DNA from: Psammoneis japonica
Lineage: Eukaryota
Assembly (NCBI GenBank): GCA_008632985.1
Contig: QPGO01000369.1
Coordinates: forward strand, 1-37,631
DNA: 37,631 bases
Reading direction: 5' to 3'
Part shown: one piece after another, positions 11,101-23,670 of the stretch
Layout: every line of letters starts with the position of its first letter
Numbering within the stretch: position 1 is the stretch's first letter
Position numbers and translations under genes: made by a program
The notes under the pieces: model-generated
The model's input: only the letters and a program-made list of their open reading frames with translations
What the model was told of the DNA's origin: nothing
Databases searched by the model: none

Positions 11101-13717
11101 TGGTGCAACCAGAGTCGACAGCCGGGGTGTTGGCACAAACGGTGTCAGTGGCAACAGGCTTGTTGCGGCGGTGCACATTAAGGGCGGGGTTGGGTGATTT
11201 GCAGGCCTTCCTAAGGTGTGCACCGGCGGGCATGCGGGCGCACTGCGTGGTGCAGTCAAAAGTACGATGGACCGCATCGGCAGGCAGGAAGCCAAAGCAA
11301 GGTCGAAGAGACTCAAAGGGGGGGTCCTTGGGCTGCACAGTGCGCTCCGGGGGCGGAACGTCGGCGTCCTTGGGGTCAATCGCGTGTGGATGACACTCGT
11401 AGAACACGTCGTTGTTCGGAATGAGATGATCATCGAGGGCGGACGCATGATCGGCAGACAAGGAGGCGGACATGATGGTCTCGTTGACAACGACACGATG
11501 ACGGCAGTTGCCGCATTCGTCAAATGGGTTGGCAGTGGGATCGTCCTGCAGGTCAGAGATCGCGTCGCACCACTGGTCGTCGTCAGTGACAGAGTGATCG
11601 AGGGCGGAAGGATCCCATGTGTCATCACCGGTGAGGATGACATGGGGCAGGGTGTCCCATTCGGCATCAGTGTGAGGTCGCATGGCAACATGAGGCAGGC
11701 CGCCCTTGATGTCAATGGGGATGACATGGCCATCAGGAGTGGCAATGCATTGCAAGCCGTTGGGCACCTTGACAGAGCGATTGTTGACATCCTGTTTGTG
11801 CCATTCGAGCTGGCCGCAGGAGTGGATGGTCTTGCCCGTGCATGCGTGCTGATGGAGGATGGCGATGACGGGACCACGCTGGGTCTCAATGACAGCACCG
11901 GCGGTGACAACAGGGATGTCCACCAATTGATGGTCGTCAATGCCCTGAACGTCGACTTGGCGAGAGGTGCGTGCAATGACGCGAATGTCGTCGCCAGCAA
12001 TGCCGCCGTTGGCCCCACGATCAACTAGAGCGCCAGTGCGTGTGGAGCGATGAGCAGAGGCAGAGCAAATGACATTGTGGTCATTGACGCGGCGGCAAGT
12101 GCGGCCGTTAAGTTCTGTGTCATCGGTGGGAGCTGGCGGAGTGGAGGGATCGGTGGATGGCCCCGGTCGACCAGCATTGGGGGCTTGGTTAGGAGACTGC
12201 AGGTGTTGCAGATCACCGGGTGGCAGCGGCTTGCGCTTGGTGAGGTGCGCCAGGATGGGATTGTCCGAAGTGGCACCCACATTTGGAGCGGGTTCACCAG
12301 AGTCAGCAGGAGTCGTGTGGGACAAGTTGACATCACCATCACTCCCAAGGCGTTGGTCGTGAAGGTTGGCCGTAACGGACTCATGGTGGTTGCTCGCTCG
12401 CGGGTTGCGGGGAGGTGGGCAAGAATGCTCAAGGATGATCACCTTGGAGGAATGGGGCAACGAATCCCAAATCCGTTGGTGGTCGGGAGGGAGACGTTTC
12501 CATTGGTCACCGGTGAGGCTGGGACCACGGGTGCAGGCAGCATCAGCCTGAAGGACGTCAATGTCGCTGTCGATGTCGCAGAACACATCATCGGACGGTT
12601 CGTCGGAGTGGACATCGTGTGCGTGTGTGGCACGTCGGGGAGCTCGAGGTGTCGTCTTGGGTTGAAACGCACTGTCGCATTGAGCTGCCGTGGAGAGGAG
12701 CAAGCCACAGCATTGATCGCATGTGAGGCTCTTGCCACTCTGCGCACGATGCTGATCAGCTTGGTTCTTGACAGCACGGAGTTCCTCGACAGGGTGTGCG
12801 GCATTCTCGAGCATGACATGCTTCTGTCCTTCAGAGAAGTGGTCACTGGCCGGGATGAGTGCCTCGCACTTGCGCAACTGATCTTGCCAATGAAGGATGA
12901 ACCCGTGGGTCGGACCTTTCCAAGTGCCATCACCAAGACGTGAGGTGGTGAGGTGCGTGAGCAAGGTGGAGGACTCGACAGATGCGTGGGTGGAGGCAAG
13001 CGCATGCTCAGACAAGGCGCGGCAGACGGTCTGGGCGTCGGAAGACCCCACATTTTCGTGGATGAGAGCCTTGCCCTTGTCGGTGAGAAGGATGCGTTCG
13101 AAGACGGCGAACATGTGCTTTTGCTGTTCAGCAAAGAGCAGTTTGTCTTCGGGGCTGGTCGGTTTGTACGACGAGTCTAGAGTGCACTCGACATCTTGGG
13201 CACGGGCTTGTGCCACAAGTGAGGTGTGCCAAGTGTGCCACTGCTTGTTGGATTTGAGAGCCGTGAAAGCGGTGGGATCACGCTTGATGCCTCGCTTGAA
13301 GTCCCGCACCGGGTCGCGTGCCTTGGTCGGGTTGGTGACATGCGGAGGTGCAAGGGGTGAGCTGCCGATGGACACAGAGGACATGCAGTCGGGGCTGAGA
13401 CAGCAGGCAAGGAACTCGTCATGTGTGAACAACGAGGAGTCATTGGCAACATCAAGACCTTTGTGTGCTTTGACAATGTGCAGACCAACTAGAGCTGCTA
13501 ACATGTTCTTACAACCGTGGGGCAAAGGGATCACATTGGTGCCGTTGTTGTGCTCAAGCGAGTCGATTTGGGACGGCATGAACGTGAACAGTTCTTGATG
13601 CGAGTCCGCGCCGTCTTGGGCCAAAGCCAAATGAAGAGGGCTCCCAGCACCTTGGGCAAGCACGGTTCCAACAATGTGCTCGAAACCATTGGTTTGTTGC
13701 TGACGAGTGAGAACCAT
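8054..13717 (-). pseudogene. Copia gag-pol polyprotein with one in-frame nonsense codon
   Basis: Protease LVDRGANGG; integrase ISDRAQVE and SEPHQQHQNFAERR; RT HKARLAADG and YVDD; RNase H CVDANL, ATHGSEF, GDNKSVV, NPADILSK. ORFs 8876-13747 and 8054-8854 share a frame and are separated by TGA at 8876-8878, where Arg (CGA) is expected (SLG-R-IDI). 7 Tyr in the 1623-aa ORF. Confidence 0.9.
8107..8119 (-). other. Polypurine tract of copia element
   Basis: GCAAGCTGGGGAG on the minus strand, immediately before the 3' LTR. Confidence 0.7.
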
Positions 13718-14654
13718 GGCAGACAAAAGTGGTGTCAGGACAAGCAATTCCTGCTGGGAAGCGAAGGTAGACTTGAAACTTGGGTGAGAATGGACTTGAC
13801 TTGAAATGGACTTGACTTGAAATCTTGAACTGTCTTGAAGTCAGAAGTCGCCGGGCTGTGCCATCCCGTTCGTTGTTGAGTGCTAAACTTCCCATCCGGT
13901 CCACAGAGTTGTGCCGGCACGTCCAAACCCGCAGCCAGCGGCGCTTTGGGTTGCTTACGAGTGGAGTGGCGGGTTGTAAACCCCTGCAGGCAAGCTGACC
14001 AGAGGTGGACAAGACCCCCGAACCGTTCTTGTTTTATGTCGGTTGGATTTCCCGATCAGGCTGGCCAGTTGACGAAGGCGTTGGGCGCCGTGGACGAACG
14101 AACAAACGCGGGAAAGCACCCTCGCCCCAACGTAGGCTGCAATCACGGCCACTTGCTCTCACAGTCGTCCTCGTGGACCTGGCAGAGCTGCAGAGCACCA
14201 GCAGTCCGGGGCAGATCAGGTGCAATGGACTCGGCATGCTTGCAGGGTGGCAGCAAAACCGCAGTCCGAAGAGTGGGTGCAAGTTCTTGGCCGTGAAGAT
14301 GTGCACATGTGCGTGTGTCTTCAGCAACGAAGATGCTTGAACATGTGGGGTTCTTGACCATTGGCCGATGAATGGGCACATCAAGGGATGAGGATCAAGG
14401 GTGGACTTGGACATGACCGTTGATGTGTGTCTTCAGCGATCAAAGGCAGTGTGATCAATCCAGACATCCAGCGGTGAGGAGATTTGACGGTGACGTTAAA
14501 TTCCTGCCGATGCCTGGCATTGAATGCGCGCAGACTTGCCGATGTGTGTAGAATGCATGCAGAGGTCCATGCAGAATTGAAGTGGCGTCGTCAGCAAATC
14601 AACGATGACGATGGCGGTTGCTCAATGGGTTGACAATGAGCAAGACTGTTGGTC

Positions 14655-14930
14655 TGACAGAAATTGAAGGCAAGTGGCAAGAATTCAAACAACAACTCCT
14701 TGCTGCTGTCTAAATGGCAGATGAGTCTCTGCTCAGAGACCGTCACAGGAGCCGAAAGATGTGCAAGTCGGTGTGATTGGGCTGCTGTCATCATTCTTGT
14801 GAGCCTTGTGGCTCGAAAGCAAACTACATCACGCGCGAACGTGCGGAACTAAAGCACACAAAACTGTGCGCGGCAAACTAAACAGCACGCGACATTTCGC
14901 GCGCACCCAAATCCTGTTCAAATCCTGTCA
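14655..14930 (-). repeat. 5' LTR of copia element
   Basis: 276 bp, pairs with 7831-8106, followed by TSD CCAAG. Confidence 0.95.
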
Positions 14931-17780
14931 CCAAGCCTGCAGCACATCCAATGAAAAGTCACAAAGAACAGGCATTGTGTCTGCCTTGTTGCAGCATCTG
15001 TGCAGACCTTGCAAGAATTTCCTCCTCCACTGTTTGTCATTGGGACATCGAAGAATGTGGCCCCTGTCTTCCATCAGATGATCGCACGCAATGCGCTGGT
15101 GAGGACGAACTGGATTGCATCTGTGAGCAATTTTGTTCATGTGGGTGGTGGCAAGTCATGCACCAGCTTTGCCGCATTGATGTGTTTCTTTGAATGGCAC
15201 TTCACCAGGATTGCACGGGCATTCCAATCGACTTGCTCCATCACTGAAGGGGTCCATTGGCTGCATTCAATGATGCAGTCGATCAATTGGGGGGCGGTGG
15301 CTGCATGTCTGATCTGTTTCTTGTGGCTCGATGTTGCAGTGCCTCCCTCTGTTTCGAGGTGAGAGTTGCAATGAGGCAGATGCTTGACTTGTCACACAGG
15401 CAGTGACCCTGACATGCTCCTGCCAATCTGTCAGCGCGGATGTTGACTCTGGCGTTTGTGGGCAAGGCATGGACTGGAGAATGCCTGCCTTGATGTCCTT
15501 TCACCCATGAGACTGGAGGGAGAACAAGATCCTCTGAATCCAAAAGCTGCTTCAGAGTTTGCTGGGTGTGAAGAATTTTGTTCAGAACGTCCCAATCTGG
15601 AGCAATGGCATTGGCGCCATTGCAGCGAACATGAAAATTGTGTGGAGCGTGAGCTTCTTCGTCTGGGTCAATCGCTGGTGGGGCAGATGTCAACCGGGAA
15701 AGACCGTCGACCAAAGCCTTGTTGTCACAATGAATTGCCGCGTCCAAAGGAACCGAAATCCAACAACATTCACACAATCAAAAAATGAACCGTGCAATTG
15801 AAAGGATGCCACAGGCCTCTGCGCGATGCGAAGATGGCATCTTTCCAAAAATGGGTCCTGCGCAATTCACTGATGGTGCGCCGTCTGAGGCAATCGTCCA
15901 TCCGAAGGTGGCTCCCTCCCCAGCTGACCCGTCACTGCCTGTGGTGAGAGTTGCAGGTGGGCAACTCCTCTTGAGTGCTTCAACAGTTGTTGAAGTTGGG
16001 CCACTCCTTGTTCAACATCAAGCGATCGAAAACCTCCGCCTCCCAATGACTGTGGTCTGTAGAGAATGAGCCTTTTGGTGTTTCTGTTGTGACCACATTT
16101 GGCAAAAATCGTCCGCATGGCCTTTTGTTGTGCCTGTTGGAGCTCTTTTGGAAGAAAATTTGAGCCAGCCAGAACACATGTCATCAAGGAGAGGTGACAA
16201 GCGTGGCAATGTTTCCATGTTTCTGTCCTGTCCAGTGGGCACAACCTGAGAAACAAGGAGACAGCATTGCTCTTGTGTTGGAGTTTCTTCAACTGAGTTT
16301 TCTGTGCACCGATTGGAGTCATGCAGTGTCCCAGGGTTTTGTGAGGTGTGTGTGCTGACAATTGCTGGCTGCACCTGGAAGTGGTTTGGTCAGTGGAAAA
16401 GATCTCCACCTCAATGTTGTCATGACAGGGTCACATGTGCGGTTCTCCACACTCTGTAAAGTCCCATTCTGTGGCATGGAAGGAACACTTCAGCAACTCA
16501 AGTTCATGTCCTGCTGTGTCCAACAAGTCACACCACAGCCGGTTGTCCGATTGGAGAGACTGGGACAACTTGAGCGCGGAGGGCTGAGGACTGGCTCTGA
16601 AATCGTTCACCTGCTTGGAAGTGTCATCAACATGACCCCTGTTGCATGCTTGGATGTAGAACTGTCCGTCCAGAGTTTTGAACAACAAACCAACAGCTTC
16701 AGCATCAAAGATGTCAAACAGTCCACTGCGCAGAGTGTTCCAGCACCAAGGAGAATTTCCGCTGCCTTGTCCTGTTCCGCACAACGGGAACTCAGAGGAA
16801 TGGGAACAACTTTTTTGGGCGATTCCTGACAGAGTGCACAGCCAATGACATGCATGATGTGACATCGCCACATTGACTTTGATCACTCTCTCGTGCATGC
16901 CATCACTCTTTGCACACAAACCCACTGTTGCTGGGATGTTCCTGTCACAGCAAGAAGTGCAGTCATCATCACTGGTGAGCAAAGTTTTCCGGGTAGCACG
17001 TGACATTTCCAGCATCAAGTTTTTGAGAAACACAGGCGTTTGGGCGGAAAGGAAGGAGCAACATCTGTAAATCCCTGGGTTGTGCATTCAGTGGTGATCC
17101 ACATGCTGGGCTAATTTGCGCCACTTGACGCTTGCAATCAGTTGGAAATCTGCCTCGTAGATGTGAATCACGCACAATCGGTGCATTTTGTTGTTGCCTG
17201 GTTCTTTGAAGATCGTTGCATTCACAGTGTCTTTCCATTGTTTGCGTGAGCAACCCCACCTTAAAGCGCAGTTGATCAGGTTAAGTTGCATTGCCACAAG
17301 GGATTGCTGGACCAAGTCCAACAATTCTTTCTGCTCGGATGGATTCCTGTCATTGTCACAATCATTTGCATGGGAATGTGGAGCGCACAGGGCCTTCCAG
17401 TGTCCCAGACAAATCCCTGACTTCAATGAAGCAGATGTTGACTCTGACCACAATTTTGTCTTCAAGTGGAGAGCCTCAGGAGTGAGAGAATTTGGAGCTG
17501 TTGGTGGTGTCCTTCTTCGAAGATGCTGTGTCAGCAGCAAAGTGGCGCGGTTCAGGTGTCCAGTTTCATGTTCTCTGTCTAGGATTAAATTGGCCATGAC
17601 AGTGTCTCCTTCACATCCAAGGTCAACAAACAAGGGTGGGACAGTGAGAGGAGTGCCACGTGCCTGTCCGAAGTGTCGTTGGTTTTTTTGCAGTGCTGGA
17701 GCGCAGATTCAATGTTGTCTGGGGCATCTGTCATCACCCAATTCTCGCACGTTTTGGGGTTGTCTCGGGGGTCTTCAGGT

Positions 17781-18172
17781 GACGGGTTCCAGTCCTGGGC
17801 GGGACTCCATGTGACATTGGGCCCGCAGAATTCTGTGTGCGAGCTCCGCAGTGCAAGAATTTAATCCACGGATGTGCTCACATCTTCAACATCAAACAAA
17901 CGGCCAAGTTTGTGGTGCAATTGTGCCTCTTGCCACTCGACATTTTTGCAAATGTGCCTGCCCTGCGCGATTCTTAAGACATTGTAGAATCGCGCTGCAA
18001 CAAAAAATGTCAAAAGTTGTTGGACGGATCGCTCAACAAGTGCACCACAAAATGACACAAAATTTCACAAAAGTCTCGTACAATTCTGCGTGCGCGACAT
18101 GCGGTGCGATCCAAAAAACTGTCGATGTCACAGTTCAGTGGTGCAAGGTCCCACCCAGAGCTGGGACGCGTC
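17781..18172 (+). mobile_element. MITE family A copy (~392 bp)
   Basis: GACGGGTTCCAGTCCTGGGCGGGA ... TCCCACCCAGAGCTGGGACGCGTC. Flanks AGGT/AGGG. Inserted in LINE ORF2. Confidence 0.8.
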
Positions 18173-21100
18173 AGGGATTTGAGTGGTTCGTGCGCTGGCT
18201 CCTTCCGTCTTTTTGCAAGCGTTGATTTTCTCAAATGCCCACTCGGTTTCTTCCGCACAGCGTTGATTGCGCAGGACTGTTTGGTGCAGTCTAATTCAAG
18301 TTTGGCAATGCGGGCATCTCATTCTTCATCTTGGTGTTTCTGACTCTCTCTTGCCACCTGACGGCACTCTGACTGAGCCTTTCGTAGAGCTGTGGCACAT
18401 TCTTGCAAGGCGATTGGAAGAACAAAGGACTCTTTGAGATCAAACTTAGCGCGTGGAGTCATTGGTGCCATGTCAACCTTGGCGCAAAACATGGACATCA
18501 TCCTGGACAACACCAAAATCTGTCTGCAGAGACTGGCCAATTTTGCTGACCATTCTGGTTTGTTGTGACGTCAACAATGCTTCGCGGAAGACAATGAGAA
18601 CTGCAGACTGTTGCGGTTGAGTCTCTCTGCGAGTCTGTGATTTGGCACCTCAGACTGTGCCAGTGCTTTGGTTTGCTCCTTGATGTTGCAACTTTGTAGG
18701 AGGGGAGCCATTGTCTCCAAATGTGCAGTTGCATGTTTCGGAGAATTTGCTTGCAAGCCTTGATGTTCGGCACGAGGCAAGTTGACGGCAGGGTTGCCAA
18801 ACAATGCCACAGTGTCAAAGCTGACAAAATGAGCTCAATGATCCAAGGATGTGTGACAACCAAATGATTTGCGCCCACACTTCTTGCTGCAGCCAAAGCT
18901 CCTGGAGTTGCTGGAATGCAGTCCAACTGACAAGATCCTCTCACATGCATGGAAAATTCAAGATCTTCCTGATGGCAACACATCACGTCCGACATGTTGA
19001 ACCGCTGCGCCATGGAAGCAAGGGCGTCATTGTCAGTGCAGAAATCTGTGCTAAAATCTCCAAACAGCACAACCTCTTGGTCTGGATCATCGAGAAACTG
19101 CTCCAGGATGCGGGTCAGATCCGTGCAAAATGATCATCTTGTGTCGGGATTTGTGCACCCTTGTTGTCAAAGCAATGCTTCCTGTTGTGCGCAAGCTCTT
19201 GTTTTGCCTGCAACAGAAGAGTCAAAGTGCACTCGATGACACGACACAAACACAACTTGCCGTCCATGGCGTCCATCAAAAATTTGGATCGACCATCTCC
19301 CGAGAAGATCTTCACATTGTGCACGGCATTGTGAAGACAAAGAATTGCATGAAAGCCAGGCGGTGCCACCAGGTTTGCAAGGGATGGAAAAGGCAGTCTT
19401 GGAGGATGACAATGTCAGACGGCCGCATTGGAAAGATTGGCAAACTGTGTTTGTGCAACTCTGTCGAACTTTGCATTGCATTGTGTCCAAACAAGTTTCG
19501 GAAATTCCAGCTGTGTCTGCCTGTGTTTCCGCAGTGACTTGAGAACAGGTGTTGAAGTCTCTGCCTTGCAGGTCACAAGCACATCCATTTGCATCAAACG
19601 CATGCAAACGTGTGTGGTCTGGTGATTTGGGTCCTAGCGGATCACCAATCGGGTCATTCTGTGCCAGAGCAGTGTGATCAACAGTGCTGGAGGGAGGTGC
19701 AAAACTTCTGCCTGACAACATCTGGGTCCACTGCTGGGCAGCGGGACCAACTGCCACCGAAGGGGCATCACCCCTGGGTGTGATGCCGCGCTTTCTCAAA
19801 GAAAGACTGAACAGCACGACAGGTGCATGCATCTTGGGAAATGGGCAGGTTGGATGACTGGTCCTGCCTCAGGAAAAACTGAGTCTTCTTGATCCACGTC
19901 GTCCGTGGCAGTGTCGTTGGGAGGATGGTGAGATGAAGAGCCTGCTGGGGCTGAGAGTGCAGGTTTCTTCCTCTGAGGAGATGAAACTCCCGGAGTCATC
20001 ATGGGTGAAATGGTTTCCTGAATCAAATCTTGAAACTTGGAAGCCAACTGCTCAAGAGATGCTTGATGTTGTCATCCCAGCAGCTCTGACCAGTGATCCT
20101 GCTCCTGATGATGTTGAAGCACCATCTGTTCAAGTTCAGCGATTTTGTTGGCACAAGATGTCAATTCCAAAGTGGGGGTTGCTGTGGGGACTGCCACACT
20201 GGTGGAACTTTCCAGGACTTGTGCAAACATCTGAAAGCTGCCAACAATCCCAACATTTCACGGAACCAGCGGAGGTGCTGGCTGTGTTGCGGGTTCAGCA
20301 GGAGCTTGTGAGTCAGAAGGAGAAATGTCAGAAATGTCTAGAGACTTCCAGCTTTGGATGCCAGCCAAGGCAATTGACTGAACAGTGTCCGAGACATCAT
20401 TGTTGACACCAGGATTTGTTGGGCAAGGTTGGTGAATGAACGGCAACTCGTTTTCTGGAAGATGGTTTGTCCAGCCTGAGAGGTTTTCTGCAATGTGCTC
20501 TTTGACTTTTTGAAAGCACTGTTTGTCCACGAGAATGTTGCAACGTGGGACTGAGATTTTCTTCTTTGAGGGGACAAAGTCCACTGCCCCTGGAATCGTG
20601 GAAATTGCACTGGACACACAAAAATGCATCCTGTCCTTGCAGCGAAGCAATGGGATCACGTGAATTTTTGCGGAGGTTTTTCGTTGCTTGCGCGCTGCTT
20701 TGTCGAATTGTTCTGGTTGAGTGTGCTGCCAGCAGGTGAAAATTGCCATTGATGGACGATCCTTCAATGCTTCCATCAGGGCTGCAATCATGTCCTTGGC
20801 GCAGTCTCGTGGGGTCTCAATGGCACAATGAGTCGATTTGATGTCCTTGTCAATTGGGGAAGATGCCGATTGAACAATCAACTGGAAAGGAACCTTGGAG
20901 CAACTGCAGGGGGGTGGAATTGACACAAGTCATTTCTGAACAATGTCTGCAGGGCAGTGCTCAGGCACAAAATCCAGGAAAAGAGCAGCACAAGACAAGT
21001 CGACGGTGGTCTTGTCACATTCATGACATCGCATGTAAAAGCCGTTGTCTTTGAGGACTTTGTGTGCAAAGGGTGTGTTCCTGATTTTGGCAAGAGCCAA

Positions 21101-21890
21101 GGCAGTGCAGATGCAGTGAGCGACGATGCACGCAGGAGGGCGGTGGCGGGTGCCTCCGACTTGGTGTAAAACAAAATGTTGCAAGTGCGTTGGTCCAGAA
21201 TTCCATTCAATGATGTCGACATTGGGGACATCAACACCACGATTCGACATGATGGAGATTTTGTGCGTCAACAGATCTTGGGACACCTTTTGCTGAAGGG
21301 CATGGAGGATGTTGGTGTGACCCTCAGCTGGGACTGTGGGGGCATTGTCCTCTGCCAATGTCAACTCAAATCGGATGGCAGTTTCTTTTGGGCCAATCAC
21401 GCTGAGCTTTTTTGAGCCAGCTCTTGTTGGGGTTGATGGAGTGTGATCCACAATGGGAGGAAGATCCGGAAGAGGAGCACTGGTGGGGCCAGCCTGCGGT
21501 GGAGGAGGGGTCGTCATGGTGACTGCTGCTTGGTGCAAAAAACCCGTGGAATTCCTCACAAAAACTGCCAATGTGTGCTTGCGCAGAAAAGCACTGATGA
21601 TTCTGTGAGACATGACAACAGCCATTGCAGCGGGCTTTGCTGACAGCAACCTGGTTGCCTTGGTCTTTTGCTCACAATTTTTGCCAACTCTAAAGTCTTT
21701 GTCTTGTTTGACCTTGCAGAATGATCGTTCACAGGAAATGTCCATTCATTGACGACCATGACTGCCAAGAAATGTCCATTCATCATTGACCTTGATCGTG
21801 TTCTGCACCAGTGCTGCTGACAGAATCCACGTCTCTCAGCACAACACCCGCGTCAAGCCCATAAAAACAACAGGACCCTGCTGGCACAAC

Positions 21891-22286
21891 GATGCGTTCC
21901 AGACCCAGGTGGGAATCCGTGTGACATTGGGCCCACAGAATTCCACGTGCGAGCTCCGCAGCAAAAGCACATGGCAATGAAAGTGTCAATGATCGCCAAC
22001 AGAAAATGAGGCAATTTTGCAAACGCACAAACTTGCCCATGATTGAAGCACATCGTTTTTTACTTGGCCAGTTGCATTCTTCAGACATTGAAGAATGCAA
22101 CTGGCGCGTCATTGTTTCTGTGAATTTGTTGTGTGAAATGTCTGGGGCTTTGCAAAACAGCAAGTCTGGACAATTTTTTTTAAACATCACACGCAGAAAT
22201 GCACGTGCAAAACATGCGATGGATGACAAAAATTGTTTGTGTCACACATCAGTGCTGCGAGCTCCCACCTGGGGCTGGAACGCGTC
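21891..22286 (+). mobile_element. MITE family A-related copy (396 bp) with perfect 4-bp TSD
   Basis: GATGCGTTCCAGACCCAGGTGGGA ... TCCCACCTGGGGCTGGAACGCGTC, flanked by CAAC/CAAC. Confidence 0.85.
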
Positions 22287-22348
22287 CAACATCATGAGCA
22301 CAATGATGGATGCCTGCACCGTCAGCGAATTTTTATTTCTTCGTGCAT

Positions 22349-22445
22349 TCATGTGAACCCAACGGACCAATGCACAAAAATGTTGTGAAGGTCAACATTT
22401 TTCATGTGAACCCAATGGACTGATGCACAAAAATGTTGTGAAGGT
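22349..22445 (+). repeat. Short direct duplication (~44 bp x2)
   Basis: tcatgtgaacccaaYggacYRatgcacaaaaatgttgtgaaggt occurs twice. Confidence 0.8.
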
Positions 22446-22635
22446 TGGCACTGCTTCAGCGACAAGACACATTCTGTGCTCGCCAAATCGCCAATGGTTT
22501 TGAGGCTGGGAACCCCCTTGTTTTTTGGTGAATTTTGGAAATTTCAAACAAAAAATGTCTGAAACAAGACAGTGTTTTTCACAAATGCGTGCAATTTGTG
22601 GAAAAATGTTCAAAAGGCTGGAGAGCGAATGCTGA

Positions 22636-22834
22636 GCTCACCGTGCAAACAACACGACAATGGCCGAAATGCCATCCATTGAACGCAATGCAGGCTTGGA
22701 GGCCTCCAACTTTCTTCATGAGTTTGTTGACCATGTCAAATGCGACACACTGTGAAAAAAGTTGGAGGCTGCCCCTGTCAGTTTTCGAGAACGGATGGCA
22801 TTTCGGCCATTGTCGTGTTGTTTGCACAGTGAGC
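22636..22834. mobile_element. ~200-bp MITE-like element with 45-bp inverted arms
   Basis: 22636-22680 and 22790-22834 are reverse complements with 2 transition mismatches. Confidence 0.7.
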
Positions 22835-22882
22835 ACAGAACACGTCAGTGTGTTTTTTCCACATTTGCATCACAAATGATTG

Positions 22883-23670
22883 AGGCGGGTCAGTCGCCAC
22901 TTTTTTTAGCTCGAGTTCGGTCGAACAGCTCGCATTTTGCATGGTTTTTCCTGAATTTCACCGTGCTTCACTGCAGTGAAAACAACAAGCCACAAGTCTG
23001 TGACGGAGGTGGCCCATCTGCCAACTCTCATTTGTTTTGTGTTTGTTGTGCATCAAAGATTGTGCATGCATGAAAAGTTGACAGACGGCATGCTGCATTT
23101 TTGAGAAATGTCGATGATTGTCATCATCGTCGTGCTTCGATTGCGGTGTTGATGGTTCTCGTTTTCGTGCACGACCGGGTGTGACCATGAACAATTGTTG
23201 CATTCAAAAACAAGCACTGCAAAAAATCTCACGCAAACACAACAATGGCAATTCTGGGACAAACGCGGGGGTGACCCGCCTCAACCCCCGCGTTTGTCCC
23301 AGAAATTGTCATGGCATTTGAATGAGGACATTTGCAGTGTTTGTTTTTGAATCCAAAAATTGCCCACATTCACCCCCGATCGTGCACGAAAATGAGAACA
23401 TCAGGCGCCGTGATCGAAGCACGACGATGACGGCAATGTTGACACAAGTCCAAAACACAGTGGTCCGTGTGCAAACATTTGATGTGTGTGTGACCTCAGA
23501 CACACAACAAGCACAAAACAAATGAAAGTTGATGCACGGCCCACCTCCGTCACAGACTTGTGGCTTGATGTTTTCACCACAGTGAAGCACGGTGAAATTC
23601 AAGAAAAATCATGCAAATCACGAGCTGTTCGGCCAAATTGGAGCCAAAAAAAGTGGGGGATGACCCGCCT
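22883..23670. mobile_element. Inverted dimer of a ~400-bp non-autonomous element forming a ~790-bp quasi-palindrome
   Basis: The arms 22883-23272 and 23284-23670 are reverse-complement homologues. Termini AGGCGGGTCA/TGACCCGCCT. Perfect 21-bp central stem 23252-23272/23284-23304. Confidence 0.8.

Larger units (their letters stand above)
7831..14930 (-). mobile_element. Complete Ty1/copia LTR retrotransposon (CoDi-like), 7100 bp
   Basis: Two 276-bp LTRs (TGACAG...CTGTCA), perfect 5-bp TSD CCAAG (7826-7830 and 14931-14935), PPT, and gag-PR-IN-RT-RH domain order. Confidence 0.95.
6856..21700 (-). mobile_element. Near full-length, decayed non-LTR retrotransposon (ORF1 + APE-RT-RNase H ORF2) related to the 1-4245 element, interrupted by a copia element and two MITEs
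   Basis: Collinear fragments on the minus strand: ORF1 ~19800-21520; APE ~18800-19660 (GISETCLD, KPGGT, GRWS, GDF); RT ~16400-17700 (CGTGQGSGNSP, GHVDDT); internal deletion near 15970; RNase H ~15280-15960 (HRAEACG, HCDNKAL, WVKGHQG); knuckle 14936-15140; C-terminus 7525-7830 and 6960-7130. The frame reads DVLQAW|FGEE across the copia insertion. The 5' boundary is approximate. Confidence 0.85.

Noticed and set aside
14616..14654. tRNA gene
   Set aside because: Only a partial tRNA-like 5' half abutting the LTR, with no T-arm or acceptor stem. Treated as a possible PBS.
7831..14930. ADAR-type RNA editing or reverse-transcription error as the source of A>G
   Set aside because: That would be strand-biased and copied identically into both LTRs. 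The changes here are reciprocal between LTRs, occur on both strands, and also affect DNA transposons and satellites.
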